Assembly: GCA_017654855.1 (NCBI GenBank)
Contig: CM030337.1
Span: 3,534,001-3,598,000, forward strand
Direction: 5' to 3'
Source: Podospora anserina
Lineage: Eukaryota
Length of the DNA stretch: 64,000 bases
The notes below the pieces were generated by a model. The model made no database searches. It saw only the letters and a list, made by a program, of their open reading frames with translations, and was not told the DNA's origin. This document shows, piece by piece, positions 1-10,584 of the stretch (positions are counted from its first letter, which is position 1; the number at the start of each line of letters is the position of its first letter). A program made the position numbers and the translations under genes.

Positions 1-1275
1 ACCGCTGTCTCGTCCGGCCTCAAAGCTGTCCCAGCTGTAGGTTCGCTGCTGGGGAGCGTCGTCAGCGCACTCTGGCCAGAGAAAAGCCAGCCCACCCTGC
101 AGTGGGACAGAATCGAGAAGGATGTGCGCAGGGTCGTTGAGGGCCTTCTGGACAGGGACAAGGCCAACACTCTCCGGCAAAAGATTGACTCCCTCCATGA
201 CTTGATCGACGGGTACAACAAAACCGCTTATGGCGGACGACAGAAAGGCGAGAAGCTCACCTTCCTCCTTGGCTGGTTCACCGTCACCCGGCGCGAGTTC
301 ACCGAGAACGGCACACCTTGGCTGACGCTGCAATATTTTGTTCCTCTGGCCACGCTCCATCTCACGCTACTCCGCGAACAACTGCTACGCTGGGACAAGC
401 TTTACCCCGACGACACAATGGATGAGGTGCGGCTCCGCGGGGAACTCCAAGATGCGATCACCATCTATACCACCGCTGCCGAGCAGATCCGCGACAAGTG
501 CTTGAAGTGGCGTATGGATGAGCGTATCATCGTGACAGAAGATGAAGCTTATGACTGGTGTTTGGTTGGTCGTCAATGGCGCAAGTTTGTTCGCGACCTC
601 GAAACCCAGTTCTCCCAGACGATCTCATGGGGCCCTGAGATCGGTCCAAGCAGAGGGTACCGTATTGAAGAGGAGGTGAACAGATACGTACAGGATTTGC
701 GCGACACGGCTGGTGCTGTCTACCGACAACAGATTGATGACATCCTCGCGCCTTCACTTCAGTGGCCACAGTTTGATAAGGTGGGCACGTATGACCCAGT
801 GAGGCGGGTCATCATGGCTGGCACAACGGGACCCATGTGTGCCGGTATCTCTTCCGGAATGTGGCACTTCAACGACCGGGAGTTTGCAAGGGAGCATGGG
901 CCCATCACCAAGGTAGTTGTCCATGCCTGGGATCGCGTTGATGGCTTCGAGGTCTGGTATGGCGGTGTCAGTAGCGGTCTCCGCGGCAGGCGCGGTGGCT
1001 CGCAGAGGGAGTTGGAAGTTGGAGACTCGGAGTCAATTGTTTGCGTGACAGGTCACGCCGGGCAGTGGCTAGACTCGGTCAGTTTCTTTGTGAGTCCCAA
1101 CAAGCATATCAACGGTGGGAACGGTACGGATAATTTCCGTATAGGTTTCGCAGAGGATTGCCCTTCAAACGAAACGGACACACTCCGCTTGGATTATGTC
1201 TATGGCTGGTCCAACAGCGGGAGCGGTTTTATCGAGGGTTTTGGCGCTGTCTTCTGCCGGGTGGAGATCTTGTAA
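1..1275 (+). CDS. Cry delta-endotoxin N-terminal (domain I-like) helical domain fused to a C-terminal jacalin-like lectin; the 5' end lies outside the window
   Basis: Frame +1 is open from base 1: TAVSSGLKAVPAVGSLLGSVVSALWPEKSQPTLQWDRIEKDVRRVVEGLLD matches the Cry 'VP.VG.LL..L...LWP...W....VE.LID' pattern. LQYFVPLATLHLTLLREQL resembles Cry conserved block 1. The C-terminal PITKVVVHAWDRVDGFEVWYGG..GRRGG..IVCVTGHAGQWLDSVSF is jacalin-like. Stop TAA at 1273-1275. Confidence 0.8.
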   Translation, partial: TAVSSGLKAVPAVGSLLGSVVSALWPEKSQPTLQWDRIEKDVRRVVEGLLDRDKANTLRQKIDSLHDLIDGYNKTAYGGRQKGEKLTFLLGWFTVTRREFTENGTPWLTLQYFVPLATLHLTLLREQLLRWDKLYPDDTMDEVRLRGELQDAITIYTTAAEQIRDKCLKWRMDERIIVTEDEAYDWCLVGRQWRKFVRDLETQFSQTISWGPEIGPSRGYRIEEEVNRYVQDLRDTAGAVYRQQIDDILAPSLQWPQFDKVGTYDPVRRVIMAGTTGPMCAGISSGMWHFNDREFAREHGPITKVVVHAWDRVDGFEVWYGGVSSGLRGRRGGSQRELEVGDSESIVCVTGHAGQWLDSVSFFVSPNKHINGGNGTDNFRIGFAEDCPSNETDTLRLDYVYGWSNSGSGFIEGFGAVFCRVEIL

Positions 1276-1570
1276 ATAGAGGCGCCAGGTGCTCAAGCTT
1301 CCATGTCTTGATTGGTGTCAGAAGATATGACTCAAGCTTGTTTGTCAATAATTACTGGGCTCTTTGTTTCTCATATCTACCTAGTGTTGGGTCCCATGTA
1401 CATGCAGCAAATAGTCACTATCAAGCATGGGTAGGTAGTAGGGTTGTTGCCTTGCTAGAATTCTTCCATATAAACATGTAGTCAACCCCTCAATGCACTT
1501 CAGTTTGAAGGACATCACCGGGCAAGCAACCCAACTGATTCTTTCAACACAGAGAGCCAAGTCTCCAATC

Positions 1571-3022
1571 ATGCCAGTGACCCACAACTTCCAGAACTTT
1601 CAAGGTCGCTTGGACTTTATCCACGACTTGCTGCCGAGATTCAGCTTCAGCGTAAGTATACTCCACCGGTCTCTCACACATGAGTGGCCCTCAAGCTGGC
1701 ATCGCTTCTGCATCACAGAGCAGTGTGGAGGTGAAACCTGTTCACTATGACCCGTGTTCTCATTCAAGTACAAGAGCTTCGTTTACCTCATCTCCCTGGC
1801 ATCAGCCCTTGAATCTGATCACTACCTGCATGGAGAAAATGGGCCTTTGCAACCCGGCTGCGTTGCCATCCCGAAAGGTACCAAGGAACTGATTCTGCGC
1901 CTCACCAACCTGGAAGCGGAAGGCATAAGCCGAACAGGCCGTGTTGAGAACGAAGTCGCCATGACGAAGCTAGCTTCATCGGCTCTCAGCTCTTACCAAC
2001 CCAGCATTGTGCCACACATTTATGCCTGGGGAGGCACATCCGGAGGCTCAGCTCAGGGATGGAATCTCCAAGAGCACTGTCAGGATATGAAGTGTTCCAT
2101 CCAATCGAGGAGCTGGATGCTCACCAGAAGAGGCATTTGTTTAGTGAAATGGCCAAGATTCTGAAAAGGATTGAAGACTTTGAGCTCCCTCCAAGCATCA
2201 AGAGCTTCGGGGACGTGACCTTTGACGAACCTGGCGAGATCGTTAGCGCAGCCACTTCTCTTGGTGACCTTGCTCCATGGCAAACGTATGAAGAGTATTT
2301 CCAAAACCAACTGGAAGTTGCTTTAAAGTCACCAGATGCCAATGAGTACATCAAACAATGGCACGCCGATAGTCTTCGCCAACAGATTGAGGAGTTTTCT
2401 AGCGAACGGGGGTGTTGCGTCTCAGTTCAAATCCCTGGCCTCAGCAGCAGAGAAGGTCATTGTTCACGGCACTTTGAGTACGTCCTACTCCGGTTCTTTC
2501 TGAATCCAAAGAGTTGATACCCATCTGCTAATATTATCATCTCGCATAGGCACTATCGATCTTTTGTTTGATCCTCAATCTGGCCGTATTACTGCCTTTC
2601 TCGACTATGACCTGCATTTCTCACCCCACGCTTGGATTCCTCAGGTCATTTTACTCTCCACACGAGGGATTTCCAGAATTTCCAACGTGGACCGACGACA
2701 CAAGCAGTAAGCAGTGGTTGCTACGAAGAGCAAAGCTTGAGGGTTTCCCCCATCTCCTGCCAGCCACAACTGATGATGGTGTCCACTGGGAAGATGCAAA
2801 GGCCTGGGAAGACGCTCTTGAGATGGAAACTGTGAAGAGGCCGAGCAACATACAGGGATTTGACGAGGTTTCTATGCTAGATACCCTGCTTTCCTCTATT
2901 CTACCGTCTAAAGTTGCGAGTGATGATCTGCAGCGTTTAATCCCCCTGGAGGAATATCTTTTAAGATCAGGCATAAAGCTCAGAAGCTCATTCCTAAACT
3001 ATTGGCGCAGCTCCAATGTTAG
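1571..3022 (+). pseudogene. Frameshifted aminoglycoside-phosphotransferase/choline-kinase-like (APH) gene
   Basis: Family-like segments lie in different frames: VKPVHYDP|FKYKSFVY, RVENEVAMTKLA..IVPHIYAWG..GWNLQE, EMAKILK, KVIVHG, LLFDPQSGRITAFLDYD. Introns begin at about 1652 (GTAAGT) and about 2478 (GTACGT). At least four frame switches (~1760, ~2080, ~2410, ~2610) have no splice signals. The end coordinate is approximate. Confidence 0.7.
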
Positions 3023-3139
3023 ACACAAACGGGAAAAGACGACATTGGATGTAAAGTACACTAAAGGTAGTAGGAAGTTTGCTTTGCGGTTAGGCTCTCT
3101 ATCTACATATTGTGCTTATAGTAAGAGATGAGATTATCC

Positions 3140-4285
3140 TCATAAAGAAAAGAAGCTAGCTGCCATGACCACCAAAGGCAGTTTGCACAAGTCCCTGGTC
3201 GAAACTCCAAGCCCCATGGCCGCATTAATGAACGGGTTACCCAGATCTTCCTCGCCATTTCCGTTGCCATTCTGTCCCTCAACCCCATCGTCGTCCCCAT
3301 TGCCGCTCCCATCCTGAACAGGCTCATCAGCCACCCCCCCGTCAATAACTTCAGCCTTCAGGCAGGTCACTTCTGCCCACGGACCTTCAGAGGCCCCTTT
3401 TATGGCGTTTTCCTCAGCATACTCTCCATTCAAACCCCAGATATGCCCCACGACATATACCTGCCTGACAGCCTGCTGAAACGCATCCACCGTCCCATTA
3501 CCGATGTGCGCAAACGCCAACAGGTCAATCGTCCCGTTAGAGTTGCCTCCAAGCGGGGAGTCGCTGGGCATGAGCACGGCGTCTGGCGGTATCACTGGTA
3601 ATTCCTGTGTCAACCCCACCCCAAGTCCTACAATACCCGACGGCGGGCGGCATCGCTCCGGTATAAGAACAGGCCGAGGGGGGGGACATAGACTCTTGGC
3701 CCCGGCACCATTTGGTCCCATGAATTCCTGTTCTTTGTAGGCTTCCGTCAGGTTTCTTTTGATATCCGCGATGCAGTCGGCAGAGAGGATGCTAGTGCAG
3801 CCTGGCCCGAGGAGAGGGGTGTCCCGGGTCCAACCTGAGGAGACAAACACGACTCCACACATTGACCACGAGGGATGCTTGGGAACCTGCCAGGCAAATC
3901 TGTCTGTACTTGGGACTTTAACACGGTCGGACTTTGGGTGTTGGACTTGCAGCCAGGTGCCAGCGGCGTTGGAGAGGGTGTCATTACCCGGGAAAGCCAG
4001 AGGGCCGATGGAGGGCTTGACTTTGACGGTGTAGTTCCATGATTGGTGTGAGGGAAGCTCGGAGCCGGGGTACTCGGCGGTGATGTTGTAGGATTGAATC
4101 GAAGCTTTGGAGGTGGCATTGTATCCTGATGCGAAAGTCGATGACCATGAGTCGCCTGACATACGGACTACGTCGCTGCCAAGGGTCATGGAACCATTGC
4201 TCTCAAACAGAGATGCAAATACTTGGGCAGATGCCGTATCGCCGAACGCTAGGACGCCCAGAAGGAAAGGGCGAGTGATTGACAT
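3140..4285 (-). CDS. Secreted, probably GPI-anchored or cell-wall protein of unknown function
   Basis: 381-aa intronless ORF with a signal peptide (MSITRPFLLGVLAFGDTASAQ), several Cys, a G/N/D-rich linker and a hydrophobic tail (LPLVVMAASFFSL). Confidence 0.75.
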   Translation of the reverse strand: MSITRPFLLGVLAFGDTASAQVFASLFESNGSMTLGSDVVRMSGDSWSSTFASGYNATSKASIQSYNITAEYPGSELPSHQSWNYTVKVKPSIGPLAFPGNDTLSNAAGTWLQVQHPKSDRVKVPSTDRFAWQVPKHPSWSMCGVVFVSSGWTRDTPLLGPGCTSILSADCIADIKRNLTEAYKEQEFMGPNGAGAKSLCPPPRPVLIPERCRPPSGIVGLGVGLTQELPVIPPDAVLMPSDSPLGGNSNGTIDLLAFAHIGNGTVDAFQQAVRQVYVVGHIWGLNGEYAEENAIKGASEGPWAEVTCLKAEVIDGGVADEPVQDGSGNGDDDGVEGQNGNGNGEEDLGNPFINAAMGLGVSTRDLCKLPLVVMAASFFSL

Positions 4286-4681
4286 TTTGGTACTGACTAA
4301 AACTGAAACGAGTGTGGGCTAGCGATTGCCGGTTGGGTGCTGAAGAGTGAAATTTAAGAGAGGCACAAGAAAACCTGTGAGATCTCGGGACTCGTCACTG
4401 TTACAATGTCGCATTTTTATGCCCTGACGCGGAAGCTTGGCGATAAGTTGGACTCTGCCAACGGGAGACTAGTCAGGTGCCAACAGTTCTTGTCATTTGC
4501 TGAGCCACAATGAGAAGGGTAACAAGTTCCTCACATACCACGGAAATCTTGGACCTTCCTGATGAGACAAAACTCAACATAAACCATTCAAGTCTTGTTG
4601 TGTCACAAGTTGATCGCCAATGGCAACTCTGAACATGGAAGGCTCTTAGCTATACCACACCAAGACAACCTCGAGGCTGCA

Positions 4682-6019
4682 CTAAATCGACTCCTCCTTC
4701 TTCACAGCCGTCGATGACACGGGCACTGCCTTTTCCTTTTCTGACTCTGTCCCAGTTGACGTCTCGGCAACATTTCCACCAACAACTCCTTTCTCAACCG
4801 TTGAAGTTCCCGTCTGTGTCTGTCCCTCAACGTCGCCCTTGGCAGACTTCCTACCTGCTGCCATCCTCGCAGCCATCTCTGGGAACAACACCCCAGGAGG
4901 GAAGAAGGCGAGGAGTAAACACGCGATAAGGACCATTCTGTTTCTTTGTCAGTCTTCGTTCCAAGTCTTTCTTACACCCAAAGACTTACATTCCCTCCAA
5001 CACCACAAACGACCATTCATCCTGCATGATGTGATTCCCCCAGCCGCCAGCCATCTCTGCTATCCTATTTCACCACCATCCGTTAGTAACTTCACCGGGA
5101 AAGGCTTATCTCCAACATACCGGTAAATACACCTCAACAAAATAGCCACATACGCCCCCAAAACCGCATACCCAAACCTCCTGAACCCCCTATCATTCCA
5201 CAACCTCACCACCTCTTCCCCAGCCTCCCCAGTCTTGATCCTATATCACCAAAGTCAGCATCATCCTCCCTCATCCCAATCTCAGAATACAACACGTACC
5301 ACTTCCCAACCCTATACAAAAACTCCCCCCCCACCCCCCCAAACCCCCCCAAAACCACAACCTGCAACACAATACCCGCAATAATCGCCCTATTCCCATG
5401 CTCAACCAGTCGTATATTACTCACCGCACCCCCCGCCGCCAGCGCCCCCCCGATAGCCTGCACCATCAAACAACTAATATCCAACGGCACAAATATAAAC
5501 GGGTATAACCTCGGCTTGACTCTACTCAGCCCCGGATTGAGTGATAAACACACATGCTTCAGTGTCAAATAAACCGAAATACACAGCAACGTCGGCGCAA
5601 GAATAATAGCCACGATCTGCGTCTCGAACGCTTTCTTGTTCCAGGGGTTGGACGCTAGCGGGATGCGCGAAATGTACCCTTCACAACAACATCAGCTCCT
5701 GTGTTTCCAAATAGAAGGAGAAGAGAAGGAACCCACCTGCGAGCTCAAGCGCGCACCCGGCCGCGACAAAACCAGAGTACGTCAACGTTTTTGTTCTGAC
5801 CCCATGGTGCACCGTCGCCAAAAGAGCAATCCCAAAACCGACAGACAAAAAAATATTAATCCCCCTGTTGGGGTAATACCCCAGCGTAGTGGCGGTAACA
5901 GGGCAGGTAGGCGACACGAAATCGCACGAGTAATAATACGCCGCGATCAAGTTCTCGAGCTCGGTCGGGGTGAGGTTCGGGGGCAGGAGGGAGGGGTCGA
6001 TGTCTTCTAGCTTGACCAT
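4682..6019 (-). CDS. RTA1-like lipid-translocating exporter (multi-TM), spliced
   Basis: ATG at 6019 (MVKLEDIDP). Motifs: CPVTATTLGYYPN, GCALELAG, IILAPTLLCISVYLTL, FVPLDISCLMVQAIGG, AGIVLQV, RC(I)YR/AEMAGGWG, FPPG. Several short GT-AG introns. Confidence 0.88.
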
Positions 6020-6744
6020 TGTGACGGACGGACGGCGGCGAGGTTGGTGATAGTTACACACACGAAATTCGTTTTTTTCTTTTTCGGTAGGAAGTCTGAT
6101 AAGAGAATCCAAAAGGGGCTGATACCCCTCATATCACAGCTTCATCTTGGTTTGAAATGAATTGCGTTGATGTGAAGAAAAAAGTGTCGGAGCCTTGACC
6201 GGATATCACACACAAACAACGGGAACAAAAACAAACTTGGTGTTGTCCATTTACACGCGGGGTTCACAACATACAAATAAAGAGCTGGCGCCCAGCGGCC
6301 TTCATATACTTCCATACAACACACTGTCACACCACCCACCACCTACCATCCGTCGGCAACCTCAATCCTGATTCCGTGAAAGTTCTTCCATCCCAAAAGT
6401 CCGGCATCGAGACTCACCGCGCCACGCACTGCAGGCCAAGAGCCCCTCTGTCAAAGAGAGCTTCCCCGGAATATCCAATGCTGAAGCTCAGAATACGATT
6501 ACGGGCCGCTGAGAGAGCTCCCCTCACTTTCACCTCACCAATGAAATTCCGAGCCCGAATATCACCACCCCCGGTGTCCAATATTGGCACCCTTAAAGGC
6601 AGGTTCGGCGAGATAACGTGATGCGACGATGCAACGGCATGTGAATATGCAGGACTTGTCACCACTATAAACAAAATGCAACATATGAACATGAATATTC
6701 TCTCTTGTTTCTACCCAAGATTTCCCTGGTGAGACCAAGAAACT

Positions 6745-8053
6745 TCACGGCCCTTGACCATTCGTCTTGTCAAAGACTTGGTAGACAACCGAGAAATCTC
6801 GACCCTTGCATTCGGCATCCTTGGAAGCCCTTTCATACAGATCAAGAGCCTTGGTAGCCATGGTCTGCTGAAGGTCTATCCTCCGGGCGGCATCTTGAGC
6901 AAGTTTCATATCTTTCAACATGAGCTCGATGCCAAACCCGCCTTCGTAGCCACGACTTGCCGGGGCTGTTGGAACTACGCCCGGTACAGGATTGTTGACC
7001 TCACTTGCCCAGCACTTTCCAGTGCTAGCATTGATGACATCTGCCAGTACCTTGGGGTCAAGACCGAGTTTGACACCCAACAGCATAGCCTCCGCCGTAC
7101 CGATGTTCTGTATCCCCAGCAAAAGGTTGTTGGCCAGCTTGGCTGCGAGACCAGCGGTTTGCGGACCGCAATGAAGCACTCGTTTCCCCATACGAAGCAA
7201 AATGGGCTCAAGGCGGCCGACCAGCGACTTGTCAGAGCCCAGCATGAACGTCAATGTGCCAGCTGTGGCGCCGACAACCCCGCCTGACATGGGGGCATCA
7301 ACAAAGTGACCCTGCCCAGGGAGCTTGTCTTCCACCAATTGGCATACTGTGGACGACGTGTGTGGGTCAATCGTTGACGAGTCAATGAAGAGTCGAGGTT
7401 GCGGACGAGGTGGGAGATCCGCAATGTCCTTCAGCAACGCCTCATACGTTGACCGGACATGTTGTGGCTCGGGAAGACAAGAGATGACGACATCCTAAAC
7501 GGCGCGCCGTTAGCAAACGTTGAACCACAGATTGGGGCGGAGTTGTGAAAACAAGTGTTTTTAGGCTTCTCAGAGGATTGGCTATTGTTTTGATAAAATC
7601 ATGAATAAGGCCGGCGAACCGGCCCCAACTTAGACTGTTCATGTTTGGAACAAATTCATCATAAAAGCTTGTGGGGGATGTGGCAAGAAAAATGGAAGAA
7701 AACCTACTGCTTCCTTCGCAGCGTCTGAGACGCTGGTAGACACCTCTGGGGCAGCACCACCGGCTTGTTGCGTCTTCATTTCCTCGACGAGCTTTTCAGC
7801 TGCGCTCCGGTTGATATCGTACAGCCGAATGGTGTCGCCTGGTGGAAGTTTGGACTGGAGGTTTCGTGCCATTTGGTATCCCTGAAGAGGAACGGTTAGC
7901 TCCAAGAATTCCACGCAAAGACAGGCAGCAAAGTAAACATACCATCCGCCCAAGCCCAATGAAGGCATAGTTATCCAGTGCCCGCGGTGTAGTGGAAAAG
8001 GACCGACGTTGCGCCAAAGCCCTCGCGGGTCGCCATACTCTTGCCGTTGACAT
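6745..8053 (-). CDS. 3-hydroxyisobutyrate dehydrogenase, mitochondrial (2 introns)
   Basis: Arg/Ser-rich presequence MSTARVWRPARALAQRRSFSTTPR. Spliced FIGLGRM|GYQMARNL Rossmann motif, plus DSSTIDP, FVDAPMSGGVVGATAGTLTFM, AAKLANN, NPVPG..PASRGYEGGF and KDM.LA. Confidence 0.93.
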
Positions 8054-9145
8054 CTCGCCGAATAGCTATTCAGAATGCAGTTGATCGAAGTCGCGGTCAA
8101 GAACAATAGAGACGCCCAATATGCTCGGTGTTGGCTCCGGTCGAGCGGCAGCGAGGTTGCCATCCATGGCTGCAGTGAGGGGTGCTGGTGCGGACCGAAC
8201 AACAAAGCCGACCATTGCCGATCGAGACGCTTGCTGTAGAGCTTCCATGGGTGGTCATCTGGTCAAACAAAGCGGAGGTAGGCCGAGACCGTCGGTTTAG
8301 AATAGAAAGAGATCTGTGGAGCGGAAACGGCACGCGCCGTCTGGGCATCCGCACCACATGAAATCAGTGCATTGAGATTGAGTTTGTTGGACTCAACGTC
8401 CTCGCGATCGTTTCGTGGTGTGTTTGCTGAGTGGAAAAGGTCAACCGAGAATTTTGGCGTTTTGTGTGCACAATTTTGCGATAAGCAAAGGCTGGCCCAA
8501 GCGCTGCATCGGCGCCGAGTATCTCCGCTCTGGAGTGGTAGGTGGATAAGATGTGGGCGGACAACTGATGATGGGTATGGGCACATGGGATGAGTTCGAA
8601 ATTTCGAGCAAGCTTTACAAAGTTGACTGCGAAAACTATATAGTAGGTATGAGAGATACTGCCGTAGGGTAGTGCAACAAGAATCTCACTTTGTGAAGCT
8701 CGCAGTCAAGTACTCCATACATCGCTGTGAAAAAAAAATGCCTTCAATTACAATGGGTGTATGAGTACGGTTGTATCGATTTCCTGTCTCCAAAAGGATC
8801 CCACGAGACGATACTGCCAGGCCCAACTAAACGATTGTCCCTCCTCCCTCCCATCCCTATTTAATCGACCATGTTGGAAGACGGCAGAGGCCGCGAAGGG
8901 GTATGTATGTGCAAAGAAACAAAGAACGCAACCAAATGTGAGAAGATGTCAAGGAAAGCCTCACTTTCCACATATCCTTGACTGATCCTCCGGAAAACTC
9001 CAAGACCCCAATAGCTAATGTGATAGATCCTCCGACTCCGAACAGACCACATCCTCAGCCAACGAAGATATGAGGCCCATCTCATCCAGACAACCGAATT
9101 TTGGACAGAGAAAAAAAACTTGGAAAAGAGCAGCAAGGGAGGATC

Positions 9146-10584
9146 CTATAGAGCATTGGCAATATAAGGGGTGATCATTGGAAGAAGAGCACTGCAAAAA
9201 CGTGTTAGCTAGCGTCACTCGGAGCAATCATATCAACCCAAAACTCACCCAATAGCACCCACGGCAACTGTGGCTGTGACACCGAAGAAGGCCCTTCTGC
9301 GGATCTTCTGCTTTCTAATTTCCGCCTCGGTCTTGACCTTCTTCGCTTGACGAGACTCTGGAGCGTCTTCGTCCTGGTCATCTTCATCCTCAGCGATGTC
9401 GTCGGCCTTGCGCTTCGACTTGGTAGGCTCGACAGCAGCCTCGTTATCAACCGCTTTGGTGGCAGCCTCCACCATAGCTCGGGCCTCAGCGACCATCTTG
9501 GCAGCCTCCTCCGAAGAGGGAAGCTTGCCACCGAAAATGGGAACCTCGACGTCAACCTTGGTGTGCTTGACCTCTTCGCCATCGGCATCCACCTTGACAT
9601 CCTGATCAACGTGAACCTTGATCTTGGGCTCCTCGGTCGTATTCAGGACAGCGCCGGAGTCTTGCTCGACAGCCTCAACCTTCACCTCGCCCTCCTTGAC
9701 CTCCTCAACCTTGGCCACGGTTGTAACTGGGGCAGAAACACTGGTGGTCTGGAATATCTCGTCATCGCCGCCACCACCGTTCACAAGAGTTGCCTGGGAG
9801 TCGGCAGGCTGGGATTCAACTACACTAGGGACAGGGGGCTTCGATCCAGCCCTTCTTCTCCTGGGGGTCGCAATAGGGCGCCTGGTGGAGGGTGGCGCCG
9901 TCTTCGCCGGGCTGGCCGAGCGACTGCTGCGACGCAAGCGGGAGGGAGTCGGGGGTGGGAGAGAATATTGGGTGAGTCCATGGAAGGCGGGCGGGGCTTT
10001 TGGCCCCTCAGACGACGGGTTGACGGCAATTTCCGACGGATCCAGGAGTGCGCGAATCCACGGAAGAATCTTGTACTCAACCGCAAGATCAAGAGCCTGC
10101 TGGGGCGGGATCCACACATTGCCGGCAGTCTCGTTGGCACTCGTAGTCGGCTGCGATTTGATGTATCTGCGCTCTGCCTCCTCCTCTTCTAGATTCGCAT
10201 ACGGGAAGCTCGCCTTGAACATCCCGGTGGCAGACACAAAGCCATCGCGACTGCGGCGCATGAGAAAGTAGCTGCTCGGCGATGACTTGTTGAGCCCCCA
10301 GATTGGCGATACGATCCCCTTGGGAAGTGGGGCGCGCAGATGCGCGTAGTCGAACGTGTCATCGAGAAGGGGATCGTTGGCGTCGTTATGGGTGAACGCA
10401 GCCACCTTTGGGGACAATCTTGTCCGGCCCAGCCGGCGACGGGAAACCAGTTCGTTATCTAGTGGTCCGAGGTGAGTTCCTGTTCACTGCGATTGTGCAG
10501 TAGGGAAAAGCGGGTCATACGCGGTGGGACATCATCAATCATGAACTGATTGTAGCGCTGAGGCAGGTGACGGTGTGTGGCCAT
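9146..10584 (-). CDS. bqt4: APSES/KilA-N domain protein with C-terminal transmembrane anchor (Bqt4-like inner nuclear membrane protein)
   Basis: YFLMRRSRDGFVSATGMFKASFPYA..AGNVWIPP..ALDLAVEYKI.PWIRALLDP is an APSES fold. The C-terminal tail after splicing is RRAFFGVTATVAVGAIGALLPMITPYIANAL*. Introns at about 10459-10520 and 9192-9248. Confidence 0.8.
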
